A DNA stretch of 64,000 bases from an uncultured Gemmatimonadaceae bacterium (lineage in GTDB: Bacteria > Gemmatimonadota > Gemmatimonadetes > Gemmatimonadales > Gemmatimonadaceae). Below are positions 31,409 to 44,836 of this stretch, in pieces. The stretch lies in contig OY970320.1 of NCBI GenBank assembly GCA_963716745.1, forward strand, positions 1,248,001 through 1,312,000, written 5' to 3'. Numbering within the stretch: the stretch's first letter is position 1; each line of letters begins with the position of its first letter. The notes under the pieces are model-generated. The model had not been told where the DNA came from, made no database searches, and was given only the letters and a program-made list of their open reading frames with translations. The position numbers and the translations under genes were made by a program.

Positions 31409-32962
31409 ATGTCCAATCGATTCCTGTCGCGTGCGACGCTCGGCGTCGTCGCGGCCACTGCGTTCATTGCCGGATTGGTGGTCACCGCCGGCTTCAATCT
31501 CACGCCGTTCGGCTACGCGCAGCAGCGCAACGGTGCGAGCGCTCCGCTGCAGCTCGCCCAGAGCGCACCGGTGCCCGAGGGCGGCAACACGTTCGTGTCG
31601 ATCGCCGAGCATGTGACCCCGGCCGTCGTCTCGATCGTGACCGAGCGCAACGCGCCGAAGCCGTCGGCGCGCTCGCCCCGCGGTCAGGCCGTTCCGCCCG
31701 GCATGGAGGATTTCTTCCGCCAGTTCGATCCGAACCAGAGGCAGCAGCCGGAAGAGGGCAGCGGCTCGGGCTTCATCGTGACGCCGGACGGATACATCCT
31801 CACGAACAATCACGTTGTGGCGGATGCCGACAAGGTGACCGTCACACTGCTCGACAAGCGGATGTTCAAGGCGAGAGTCGTCGGGCGCGATCCCACGACC
31901 GATGTCGCGGTGATCAAGATCGATGGCTCGAACTTCCCGGTCATTCCGCTGGGCGATGACGCGAAGGCGCGCGTCGGCGAGTGGGTGCTGGCCGTGGGCA
32001 ATCCGCTCGGTCTCGACTTCACCGTCACCGCGGGCATCATCAGCGCGAAGGGGCGGAGCCGCGAACTCCGCGGGCTGTACGCGAGCCAGTATGCGATCGT
32101 GGACTACATCCAGACCGACGCGGCCATCAACCCAGGCAATTCCGGCGGTCCGCTCGTGGATACGCGCGGCAATGTGATCGGCATCAACAGCGCGATCGCG
32201 AGCCAGACCGGCTACTACTCGGGCTACGGTTTCGCGATCCCGATCACGCTCGCGAAGACCGTGATGAGCGACATCATCGAGTACGGCCGCGTGCGGCGCG
32301 CGATCCTTGGCGTTTCCATCTCCGACCTGCGGCCGGAAGATGCGCAGGCGGCGGGACTCAAGGAGATCCGCGGTGCGCTGGTCGGCGGATCGACACCCGG
32401 ACAGGAGAGTCCGGCGGCGAGGGCCGGCATCGAGGCCGGTGACGTGATCGTCGCGATCGATGGCGTGCAAGTGGATCGCGTGGCGCAGATGCAGCGTCAG
32501 ATCCGCGACCACAAGCCGGGCGACGTCGTGACGGTGGACGTGATGCGATTCGGCGAGAAGAAGTCGTTCAAGGTGAAGCTCGCCGAAGCGCCGAACGAGG
32601 AGACCAAGGTCGCCGAGAACACGAGCGGGAACGACGACAGCGTGCAGCCGGCGACGTACGACAAGCTGGGGATCTCGGTAGAGATCCTGAGCGCGGAGAA
32701 GGCGAGCCGCGCCGAGATCCCCGAGAACCAGCGCGGCCTCGCGGTGACCGATGTGGATGCGATGGGTCCGGCGTTCCACCAGCTGCAGCCGGGCAGCGAC
32801 CTGATCGTGAAGGTGCTGAGCCCGAATCAGAAGATCATCCACTCGGTGGCCGATCTGAACGAGGCACTCGCCGGCGTGAAGGATGGCCAGGTAGTGACGC
32901 TGCTCGTGTACAACGCAGGCGCGAAAGCGACGCGCGTGGTGAATCTGAGGATCGGCGGCTAA
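31409..32962 (+). CDS. degP: DegP/HtrA serine protease with two PDZ domains
   Basis: GSGFI, TNNHVV, DVAVIK and AINPGNSGGPL triad motifs. Confidence 0.93.
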   Translation: MSNRFLSRATLGVVAATAFIAGLVVTAGFNLTPFGYAQQRNGASAPLQLAQSAPVPEGGNTFVSIAEHVTPAVVSIVTERNAPKPSARSPRGQAVPPGMEDFFRQFDPNQRQQPEEGSGSGFIVTPDGYILTNNHVVADADKVTVTLLDKRMFKARVVGRDPTTDVAVIKIDGSNFPVIPLGDDAKARVGEWVLAVGNPLGLDFTVTAGIISAKGRSRELRGLYASQYAIVDYIQTDAAINPGNSGGPLVDTRGNVIGINSAIASQTGYYSGYGFAIPITLAKTVMSDIIEYGRVRRAILGVSISDLRPEDAQAAGLKEIRGALVGGSTPGQESPAARAGIEAGDVIVAIDGVQVDRVAQMQRQIRDHKPGDVVTVDVMRFGEKKSFKVKLAEAPNEETKVAENTSGNDDSVQPATYDKLGISVEILSAEKASRAEIPENQRGLAVTDVDAMGPAFHQLQPGSDLIVKVLSPNQKIIHSVADLNEALAGVKDGQVVTLLVYNAGAKATRVVNLRIGG

Positions 32963-33013
32963 AGGCGTGGTGGCTGGCCGCGCTCCCGTGCGTCTCTTAG
33001 GTTGGACGCGCGC

Positions 33014-33095
33014 GCGGGAGTGGCGGAATTGGTAGACGCGCTGGACTTAGGATCCAGTGGGGCAACCCGTGGGGGTTCGAGTCCCTCCTCTCGCA
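33014..33095 (+). tRNA. tRNA-Leu(TAG), CCA not encoded
   Basis: GCGGGAG/CTCTCGC acceptor stem; D-loop TTGGTAGAC; anticodon arm CTGGA-CTTAGGA-TCCAG; long variable arm; GGTTCGAGTCC. Confidence 0.95.
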
Positions 33096-33103
33096 CTGCG
33101 AAC

Positions 33104-33140
33104 GAACGCGGCGGCCGGTTCCCGGCCGCCGCGTTTTGTT
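33104..33140 (+). terminator. Intrinsic terminator after tRNA-Leu
   Basis: AACGCGGCGGCCGG-ttc-CCGGCCGCCGCGTT followed by T-rich tail. Confidence 0.75.
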
Positions 33141-33166
33141 CAAGCGATTGGGTGTTGGATGATGCT

Positions 33167-33199
33167 AAACGGGGGCGCCACTGTGCGGCGCCCCCGTTG
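33167..33199 (-). terminator. Terminator for DUF3761 gene
   Basis: AACGGGGGCGCC/GGCGCCCCCGTT hairpin. Confidence 0.6.
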
Positions 33200-33225
33200 C
33201 CGTTCTAACGGCTAACGTCTGTCTC

Positions 33226-33864
33226 TTATTGCTTCGTCGTTCCGTCCAGCCACTGGCCGACTCCGCCGTGCTGACTGCACGCGCCGCTGTGTTGCTTGGC
33301 GTGCGAGTAGGTGCCGTCCTTGCACTTCGCGATCGCGCCCTGTGGGTTGTTGTTCGGACTATCGCCATTGCCCGTCATCGCGGGGGCGGCGGCGGGGGCG
33401 GGAGCGGGCGGAGCGGGCGGCGTCGCGCCGTTGTGCTTCACGCCGCCGTGATGCGAGCAGGCGCCCTTGCCGCTCGTGTTCGACATGGTGCCGTCGGTGC
33501 ACATCACGGCGGGGCCAGCCGCCGCGCTCGGCGGAGCCTGAGGAGGAGCCGGCGGTGCGGCCGTCGCGGTCGCCGCGGGTGTTCCCACGCCGCCGTGATG
33601 CGAGCACGCGCCCTTGCCGCTCTTCGACTGCGTTCCATCCTTGCATGACACCATCGTCGCGGGCGCCGGCGGCGGAGCCGGAGGCGTGTGCGCCGCCTTC
33701 GTCTTGGCCTTGTCGACGCCGCCATGCCCCGAGCAGGCACCCGATCCCGTCGCATTCGACGTAGTGCCGTCCACGCACACACTCGCGGGCGTCTGCGCGC
33801 GGATCGATCCGGGCAGCGAGAACATGGCAGCGAGCGCCGCCAGGCCGATCAGTCGTTTCAGCAA
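33226..33864 (-). CDS. Secreted protein with four DUF3761-like CxDGT..GACSxHGGV repeats
   Basis: AAGGAGG RBS, TTG start, signal peptide, four Cys/His repeats with Pro/Ala linkers. Confidence 0.85.
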   Translation of the reverse strand: MLKRLIGLAALAAMFSLPGSIRAQTPASVCVDGTTSNATGSGACSGHGGVDKAKTKAAHTPPAPPPAPATMVSCKDGTQSKSGKGACSHHGGVGTPAATATAAPPAPPQAPPSAAAGPAVMCTDGTMSNTSGKGACSHHGGVKHNGATPPAPPAPAPAAAPAMTGNGDSPNNNPQGAIAKCKDGTYSHAKQHSGACSQHGGVGQWLDGTTKQ

Positions 33865-33948
33865 GTGAGCCTCCTTGGAAGTGCGCGCCATCGAAATCCT
33901 GCAGACATCATCGTTCCATCGCGCGAGGTTGGGCGCAAGGGGCGCCAA

Positions 33949-34063
33949 AACTACGCGGGATTCGGGACTCGGGACTCGCCGCGGGACTCGACTACGGCGC
34001 GATGATCCAACGAGCAGTTCTCGCATCCCGCGGCGAGTCCCGAGTCCCGAGTCCCGCGTAGTT
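33949..34063. repeat. Heptamer palindrome element, copy B
   Basis: ~38-bp stem of CGGGACT units; AGTTCTCGCATCCCGCGGCG core. Confidence 0.85.
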
Positions 34064-34150
34064 CAGTGACCCTCTCCCCGGACGCTCGTTCAGAGGGGGT
34101 AGACGGGTCGTCAGGCGAGTCGTAGCGTTGCGGGAACGGGGAGGGCGTGG

Positions 34151-35155
34151 ATGATCTGGTTGTTGATCTCGGCGGGCGTGATCGCGTTCGGCGGCGTGCT
34201 GCTCGGCTACGACCGGTGGAAGCGGCGTGAAGTGACGCAGCGCTACCCGGCCGAAGGCGAGCGCGTGAAAGTGGACGGCGTCAGCGTCCACGTGCTCGTG
34301 CGCGGCGGCGGTCGTCCCGTCGTGTTGCTGCATGGCAACTACGGCGACGCCACCGATTTCTCTGGACGCCTGCGCGAGCGCGTGAGTCGCGACTTCCAGG
34401 CCGTGATCATCGATCGTCCCGGCTATGGACACAGCGAGCGGCCACCCGCCGGCCTCAGCGTGAGCGGCCAAGCCGAACTCGTGCGCGACGCGGTGCAGCG
34501 CGTCGGCATAGAGCAGCCGCTGCTCGTGGCGCATTCGTGGAGCGGATTCCTCGCGCTGGCCTACGCGCTGGAGCACGGCAGCGAATTGGCCGGCCTCGTG
34601 CTGCTCAACCCGCTCTGCTACGCCGACGACAACACGCGCCACACCGATCCTCACGGGCATCTCATGGCGCGCGCGAGCGACCGTCTCACGCCCGTGCTGC
34701 AGCCGCTGGTAGGATACCGCGTGTACCGCGCGACCATGCGCGCGCGCTTCGCGCCGGAGCCGGTGCCCGACACGGAGGCGACGGACCCGCTGCTCGCGTT
34801 CCGCCGGGCGCGCCCCGCGCAGCGCCACGCGCGCGACGAGGATTTCTCCGCGAGCTACGACAGCTCGGGCGAACTCTCCGCCCGCTACGGCGAGATCGCG
34901 CTGCCGCTCGTGATCGTGGTGGGCGACAGCGACCGCGTGGCCGCGCCGGCGCGCCAGGGATACCGGCTGCATAACCAGGTGCACCGCTCGCGCCTCGTAG
35001 TGCTGCCCAACGCCGGCCACATGATCCACATCACGCGCCCCGACGCCGTGATGGACGCGATCCACCAGGCCTGGGACATGTCGCACGTGCGAGAGTCGGA
35101 TACGTCCCGGCCGACACCTCCGAGTGTGAGCGCGGGGTTCATCAAGCGGAGCTAA
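34151..35155 (+). CDS. Alpha/beta hydrolase with N-terminal membrane anchor
   Basis: VLLHG, DRPGYGHS, AHSWSG nucleophile elbow, GDSD and AGHM. Confidence 0.9.
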   Translation: MIWLLISAGVIAFGGVLLGYDRWKRREVTQRYPAEGERVKVDGVSVHVLVRGGGRPVVLLHGNYGDATDFSGRLRERVSRDFQAVIIDRPGYGHSERPPAGLSVSGQAELVRDAVQRVGIEQPLLVAHSWSGFLALAYALEHGSELAGLVLLNPLCYADDNTRHTDPHGHLMARASDRLTPVLQPLVGYRVYRATMRARFAPEPVPDTEATDPLLAFRRARPAQRHARDEDFSASYDSSGELSARYGEIALPLVIVVGDSDRVAAPARQGYRLHNQVHRSRLVVLPNAGHMIHITRPDAVMDAIHQAWDMSHVRESDTSRPTPPSVSAGFIKRS

Positions 35156-35164
35156 GAACGAATC

Positions 35165-35265
35165 GCGGCAAGCGGGAAGCGGGAAGCGCCGCGGGAAGCG
35201 CGAACAGACGAGGGCACCTCGTTAGTTCTCGCTTCCCGCGGCGCTTCCCGCTTCCCGCTTCCCGC
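35165..35265. repeat. Heptamer palindrome element, copy C
   Basis: CGGGAAG units forming a near-continuous hairpin; AGTTCTCGCTTCCCGCGGCG core. Confidence 0.85.
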
Positions 35266-35304
35266 CGGCCCCCGCGGGGCTTCCCCACCCATTATCTTGA
35301 GGGC

Positions 35305-36553
35305 ATGTCCATCGAGATCAAAGCCACGAAGAGTGAGGGCCTGGAGCGCCGCCTGGCGGTGACGGTCCCGCTCACGGATGTGAAGAGCGCGGAAGACAAG
35401 GCGGCCACCCGGTACGCGACGCAGGTACGCATGCCCGGCTTCCGCCCGGGTAAGGCGCCGGCGGCGGTGGTACGGAAGAAGTTCGCCGAGGCGATCCGGC
35501 AGGAAGCGATCGAAGCGCTGGTGCAGGAAGCGTTCAAAACGGTGCTCGAGCGCGACAAGCTCGACCTCGCGACGCAGCCGCACGTACACGACCTGCACTT
35601 CCACGAGGGGCAGCCGCTCACGTTCGAACTGCACCTCGAAGTGAAACCCACGGTCGCGCTCGCGCGCACGTCCGGCTTCCGCGTGCCGCGCAACGAGAAG
35701 CCGCTCACGGACGAGATGGTGAAGGAACAGATCGAGACGCTGCGCGACCAGCGCGCCGCCTGGACGCCGGCGACGGGCCGCGCGCAGCCGGGCGACATGG
35801 TCACGGTGCATGCTGGCCACCACCGACGACACCGGCGCGCTGCCCGAGGGCAAGGAGTACCGCATCGTGGTCGGCTCCGGCCAGGCGATCCCGGCGATCG
35901 AAGAGCTGATCATGAGCACCGACGCGGGCGCGACGCAGGAAGGCCCCGTGAAATGGCCGGAGGACTTCCCCGACGAAGCACAGCGCGGCAAGACGAAGAC
36001 CGTGCGCGTGCAGGTCGTGGACGTGAAGCGCAAGGAACTCCCCGCGCTCGACGACGCGTTCGCGCGCGAGGTGGGCGACTTCGATTCGCTCGACGCGCTC
36101 CGCACCGCCGTGCGCGCCGATCTCGCCACGCACACGACGCGCGAGGCCGACGCGGAGGTGCGCCAGAAGCTGATCGACGAGATCGTGTCGGCGAATCCGT
36201 TCGAGGTGCCGGTGAGCTGGGTGAACGATCTCGTGCGCGCGTACGCCGAGATGTACCAGATCCCCGAGGAGGAGAAGCAGAAGTTCGCCGGGGAGTTCCG
36301 CCCGGTGGCGGAGCGTCAGGTGCGGCGCGATCTGGTGATCGAGACGATCGCGACGCGCGAGAAGCTGGCGGCGTCGGAATCCGACATCGATGCGCGCGTG
36401 GCCGACGTGGCCGCCAAGCGCGGCGCCGAGCCCGGTGCGATCTACGCGTCGCTCCAGAAGGCGGGCCGCATCAAGGAGATCGAGCGCAGCATCACCGAGG
36501 ACAAGGTCTTCGCGTGGCTGCTCGAACACAACGAGATCCAGAGGAGCGCTTAA
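35305..36553 (+). CDS. tig: Trigger factor (frameshift ~35808)
   Basis: [10 protein letters not shown] signature; FKBP-like and C-terminal domains in ORF 35810-36553; upstream of clpP. Confidence 0.92.
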
Positions 36554-36584
36554 GGTGTCCACGACCCCAACCGGGAACCTGCCA

Positions 36585-37215
36585 GTGTCGACGATCTATC
36601 CTCCCTACGTCATCGAGCGGTCGAGCCGCGGCGAGCGGACGTACGACATCTTCTCGCGCCTGCTGATGGACCGCATCGTCTTCCTCGGCACGCCGATCAA
36701 CGACGACGTGGCGAACATCATCATCGCGCAGCTGCTGTTCCTCGAGGCGGACAACCCCGAGCGCGACATCAATCTCTACATCAACTCGCCGGGCGGCAGC
36801 GTGAGCGCGGGCATGGCGATCTACGACACCATGCAGTTCCTGAACGCGCCGATCAGCACGATCTGCATGGGCATGGCGGCGTGCATGGGCGCGTTCCTGC
36901 TGGCCAGCGGCACGGCGGGCAAGCGCAGCGCGCTGCCGCACGCGCGCATCATGATCCACCAGCCGTAGCGGCGGCACGCAGGGCACGGCGGCCGACATCG
37001 AGATCCAGGCGCGCGAGATCCTGTACCTGCGCGCGAAGATGAACGAGCTGTTCGCCAAGCACACGGGCAAGACGGTGGAGCAGATCGAGCGGGACATGGA
37101 CCGCGACCGGTTCATGTCCGCCGACGAAGCGAAGGACTACGGCATCATCGACAGCGTGATCGCGCAGCACCGCGCGATCCAGAAGGATGAGAAGGAGAAA
37201 GTCGTCACTTTGTGA
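36585..37215 (+). CDS. clpP: ClpP protease subunit (extra T at ~36966; catalytic-site codon reads Cys)
   Basis: [17 protein letters not shown] and IMIHQP, then in the shifted frame [17 protein letters not shown]. Confidence 0.93.
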
Positions 37216-37314
37216 AATGATTCACTAAGACGGAGGAGATTGTGGCGCTCCTCCGGGTTGACCGTCTTCTGAGGGGATGTTAGATACCTCGCGCCTCCTG
37301 CTTCCCGGATACAC

Positions 37315-38565
<1,251 letters not shown>

Positions 38566-38566
38566 T

Positions 38567-38835
38567 GCTACAAACGGCGTGCGTCGCACCCCGAACGCCG
38601 TACGTGGTACCCCGAAAATCCGTGAGTACCGAGTCGTGCGTCGTGGACCACCCACGGCGTGCGTCGCGACCCGCACGCCGTTAGTCGTGAGTCACTCACG
38701 GAGTTCGGGTCGCGACTAACGGAGTCAGGGGTTCCAATGCCGCCGTACAGTCAGTTCGACGCACGACTCGGCACTCACGGTTTCGGGGTACGAAGCACGG
38801 CGTTCGGGGTGCGACTCACGCCGTTCGGAAGTAGC
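38567..38835. repeat. Branched ~270-bp palindrome of 21-bp units (CACCCCGAACKCCGT family), copy 1
   Basis: ~75-bp imperfect terminal IR (38567-38643/38757-38835) with nested internal IRs. Confidence 0.85.
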
Positions 38836-38878
38836 GACTAGGAGGGCGATTGTGGGGAACGGGGCCTATATTGCACTC

Positions 38879-41302
<2,424 letters not shown>

Positions 41303-41306
<4 letters not shown>

Positions 41307-41955
41307 CCGAAAAAGACCCGCTCGTCATTCGCGAGATCGAGTTCCTGGGCGGCCTCGCGCAGGCGGGCGGCTGGCAGCCGAGCAGCGACCTGCCGGAGAT
41401 CGCGTTCGCGGGGCGGTCGAACGTGGGGAAGTCTTCCCTGCTCAACAAGCTCGTGAAGCGGAAGTCGCTCGCGCGCGTGAGCCAGACGCCGGGCAAGACG
41501 CGCGAGATCAATTTCTTTCGCGTGAACAACGAGTTCGTGCTCGTGGATCTTCCGGGCTACGGATATGCGCGCGTGTCGAAGGAAGCGCGGAGTCCACGTG
41601 GCGTCCGCTGATCGAGGGATATCTGAAGCGCAGCGAGCCGCTGCGCGGCGTGGTGCAGCTGGTGGACGCGCGGCATGAGCCGACGCCGGAGGACCGCCAG
41701 ATGCTCGATTTCCTCGCGGAGATCGGCGTGCCGACCATCGTGGCGCTCACGAAAACCGATAAGCTGAAGAAGGCCGAAGTCGTGCCGCGCGCGGCGGAAC
41801 TGGCGCGCGCGCTGGGGCTGGACGATGAGCAGGTGATCCCGTTCAGCGCGGTCACCGGCGCGGGGCGCGACGATCTGGCGGAGGCGGTCGTGGAGTTGGT
41901 GCGGGCGCCGAGTTGGCGGGCGGCGGCGCCGGCGGAGCCGGGCGACGCGCTGTAA
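41303..41955 (+). CDS. engB: GTPase EngB/YihA (frameshift ~41593)
   Basis: [22 protein letters not shown] and TKTDK. Confidence 0.93.
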
Positions 41956-42011
41956 GGAATCGGGCGCGAGCGGCATCTGGATGGCGACGCTGAGAGGACG
42001 CGCGCCGACGA

Positions 42012-42552
42012 ATGCCTGATCATCGACAAATGAATTCAGGCGAGGGCGTGGGCGCGCTGATCGATCGTGCGCGCCGCGGCGAGATGGACGCGCTCGCGGA
42101 GTTGTTCCGTGCGCATGCGCCGGTGGTGCATCGCGTGGCGTTCTTTCTCACCGCGAGCGCGGATGACGCGGAGGACGTCGTGCAGGAATGTGTTCATTGG
42201 ATTGCCGGAGGCATTGCGGAGCCTGTCGGATCCCGCCGCGTTCGCGGGTTGGCTCAGGCGGATCGCGGCGCGAACGGCATTGATGCGGATGCGGAGCGAG
42301 AAGCGGCGCCGGCAATCGACGGTGAACGACGCGGATGCGGTGGCGGCGCCGGTGCGCAGCGAGGCGGATCGGATGTCGATCGAAACGGCGATCGCGCGGC
42401 TGCCGGCGGAACTGCGCGAGGTGTTCGTGCTGAAGGAAATGGAAGGCTATTCGCACGCCGAGATCGCGGGGATGCTGGGGATCTCGGCGGGCAATTCGGA
42501 AGTGAGACTGTTCCGCGCGCGGCAGCGGCTGCGCGCGATCCTGGGAGGCTGA
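42012..42552 (+). CDS. ECF sigma factor (frameshift ~42189)
   Basis: DAEDVVQ region 2, FAGWLRRIA, and region 4 EGYSHAEIA..RLFRAR. Confidence 0.88.
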
Positions 42553-42553
42553 C

Positions 42554-44242
42554 GTGATCTTCCATCCGAGCGAGAGCACGCTGTCGCGGTACAGCGACGG
42601 CGAGTTGACGGGAATGAAGGCGCGGCGGGTAGCGGCGCATCTGGAGTCGTGTGCACGCTGCCGGGCGACAGTGGCGGAGGTGCGTGCGCTCGGCGAATCC
42701 GCGCGCGCAGCGACGGCGCCGGCCGTGCGCGGGGGCACGTGGACGCGCGTCGAGGAGCGGCGCGCGGGAGGGGAGCGCGTGATCCTGCCCGTGGAGCCGG
42801 GTGCCGCACCGGCGCGCAACCGCCTTTGGTTCGTCGCCGCGGCGGCAGCGGTCGCGATCGCGGCGATCGGGCTCATTGCGCAACCGCTGGTGCGGCATGC
42901 GGCGGCGGCTGATCGGGCAGCGCTCAGCTTCTCTCCTTCCTTCCCCAAGCCTGGCGCTGCGGTGTCGATACACTATCGGCCGGACCAGCGGCTCGCCGAC
43001 GAGCACACGCTGCGCGTCCGTGCGGCATTCTTCTCATCGTATCTGTCTCGCGATGCCTCCGATTACTTCGCGCCTCGAGGCGTGGTGGTCGCGTCGCTCA
43101 CTCGGAACGCCGACGGGAGCTTCGGTGGCACGCTCGAGTTCCCAGACTCCGCGGTATACGGGCTACTGATCGTCGAGAACGAAGATGGGTCGGTGATCGA
43201 CAGTGACCATCGCGGACTGTTCGATCTCGTGGCGGCCGCGCCAAGCGGCCGGCCGTCATTCGCGGGATTGCTCGCGCGCGCGATGCGCGGAACGGTCGCC
43301 TGTTGCATCCCCGGAACCAGCGGCCGCGCGCTCGTAGCAGCCGACAGTCTCGTCGCGATCTATCCGGATAGCGCGCAGAGCTGGGCGACGCGAGTGATCG
43401 TCGAAGGGTCATCCCGCATTCCACACTGGCTGAGTGTGTTCAGCGCGCGCGAGCGCCGGTTCGCGGCGCTCGAGAAGGCGCTCGCGACGCGGGCGTCGAT
43501 CTCGCCCGGAGAGATGAACGCGATGGCGATCTACGCCGGCGTGATCGAGGATTCCGCGGGCGCGGAGCGGTGGCGCGCGCGGCTCCTCGAGCAATACCCA
43601 TCCGATCCGCGGTCGCTCGTGGTGATCGGGTGGGATGCGCGCATCCCGAGCCCGGACTCGGCGCGAGCGCTGCTGCCGCGATTCGAGGAAGCGTGGACGA
43701 CCCGATCCGACGCGCGGGAGTTGATCGCGGATCGCGGTCTCGGGATGGCGATCGCGACGAAGGACAGCGTTGCGGTCGAGCGTTGGGCGGCGCGCTATGA
43801 GACGCTGCCGGCGCAGGGCATGGTGCTCTTTCAGACACCGTTCGTCACCGATCCCCTTACCCGTGCCATGGCTCATCGCCAACTCGACGCGCTCGTGCGC
43901 GGACTGCTCGCCCAGCCGCGCGTGAGCCGCGACCTCTATTACACGCGGCAGCAAGACTCACTGCGCCGGCATTTCGTCGCGGCGCATGCGCTCGTGATGT
44001 TGAGCGATGGCATGCTCAAGGATTCGCAGCCGCGGCTCGCGCTGGACACCATGAACGTCGCCATACGCCTGGTCTCGGGCGCAGCGCTGCCGGTCTGCGG
44101 TACCAACGCTGTGTATCGCGAGCGCGCCAAGGTGTTCTTCGCGCTCGGCGATTCGGCGTCAGGTCATAAGGATCTCGCGTTCGCAGCGCGAACGGATTCG
44201 GCGCCGGGGAAAACGTGCGTCAGGTGGGCGGCGGCGCCGTGA
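42554..44242 (+). CDS. zf-HC2 anti-sigma factor with large periplasmic domain
   Basis: HLESCARC zinc motif and TM helix; immediately after ECF sigma. Confidence 0.75.
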   Translation: MIFHPSESTLSRYSDGELTGMKARRVAAHLESCARCRATVAEVRALGESARAATAPAVRGGTWTRVEERRAGGERVILPVEPGAAPARNRLWFVAAAAAVAIAAIGLIAQPLVRHAAAADRAALSFSPSFPKPGAAVSIHYRPDQRLADEHTLRVRAAFFSSYLSRDASDYFAPRGVVVASLTRNADGSFGGTLEFPDSAVYGLLIVENEDGSVIDSDHRGLFDLVAAAPSGRPSFAGLLARAMRGTVACCIPGTSGRALVAADSLVAIYPDSAQSWATRVIVEGSSRIPHWLSVFSARERRFAALEKALATRASISPGEMNAMAIYAGVIEDSAGAERWRARLLEQYPSDPRSLVVIGWDARIPSPDSARALLPRFEEAWTTRSDARELIADRGLGMAIATKDSVAVERWAARYETLPAQGMVLFQTPFVTDPLTRAMAHRQLDALVRGLLAQPRVSRDLYYTRQQDSLRRHFVAAHALVMLSDGMLKDSQPRLALDTMNVAIRLVSGAALPVCGTNAVYRERAKVFFALGDSASGHKDLAFAARTDSAPGKTCVRWAAAP

Positions 44243-44836
44243 CGAATCGCAGCGAGCGCACGACCGCGAGCGCGGTGCGCTGAGACTGCTGGCTGTTCGC
44301 GTGGACGGTCACGCGGATCACGCTATCGGCGTGGACATCGATCTGCGAGATACACCTCGTAGTATCGCATCCTCGCTGTACGTCGAGTAGCGGCTGGTCT
44401 CGATGGATGACGAGTGGCCCGACAGCGATTGAGAGAAGCAACCGGAGACACGTCCCGAATCGCCTGGAACGAGCACTCTGCCGCGGATCTGCGGCCAGCG
44501 CGGATCGGAACGCCGCGCGCTCACGATCATCACTGAGAGCGACCCATCAGGAGTGGTCCAGTGCATCGGGTCGCGCTCGCGGGGATAGACGATGGTGATG
44601 AGTCGCATCGCCTTCGGTACATGCAGGCGAGCGAGCGGCGTGGCCGGGATCTCGATCCAGCCCGTCGTATCGACATTGGCGGGAGCATCGCAGCGCAGCG
44701 ATTCCACGACCGGAATCGGCTTAGGCCGGTTCGTGACGGACACGAGCCAGATGATGCCGTAGATCGTCGGGATCGTCATGAGCGCCGCGACGAATGAGAC
44801 CATCACGTACTGCGACGGCGTCGGGTTCTTGATCAT
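44220..44836 (-). CDS. Hypothetical membrane-anchored protein (3' end uncertain: 44318 or 44220 with indel)
   Basis: ATGA overlap with upstream gene; N-terminal TM helix. Confidence 0.45.

Noticed and set aside
33014..35304. Integrative element at tRNA-Leu
   Set aside because: No integrase and no duplicated tRNA 3' end; the CGAGTCCC similarity to the heptamers is too short to be meaningful
36960..36970. Programmed frameshift or readthrough in clpP and other genes
   Set aside because: No slippery heptamers or stimulatory structures; indel density across the window points to sequencing error
38861..38874. Sigma54 promoter before lon (GG-N10-GC)
   Set aside because: It would place the TSS inside the coding region; TATATT-N6-ATG as a -10 box fits better
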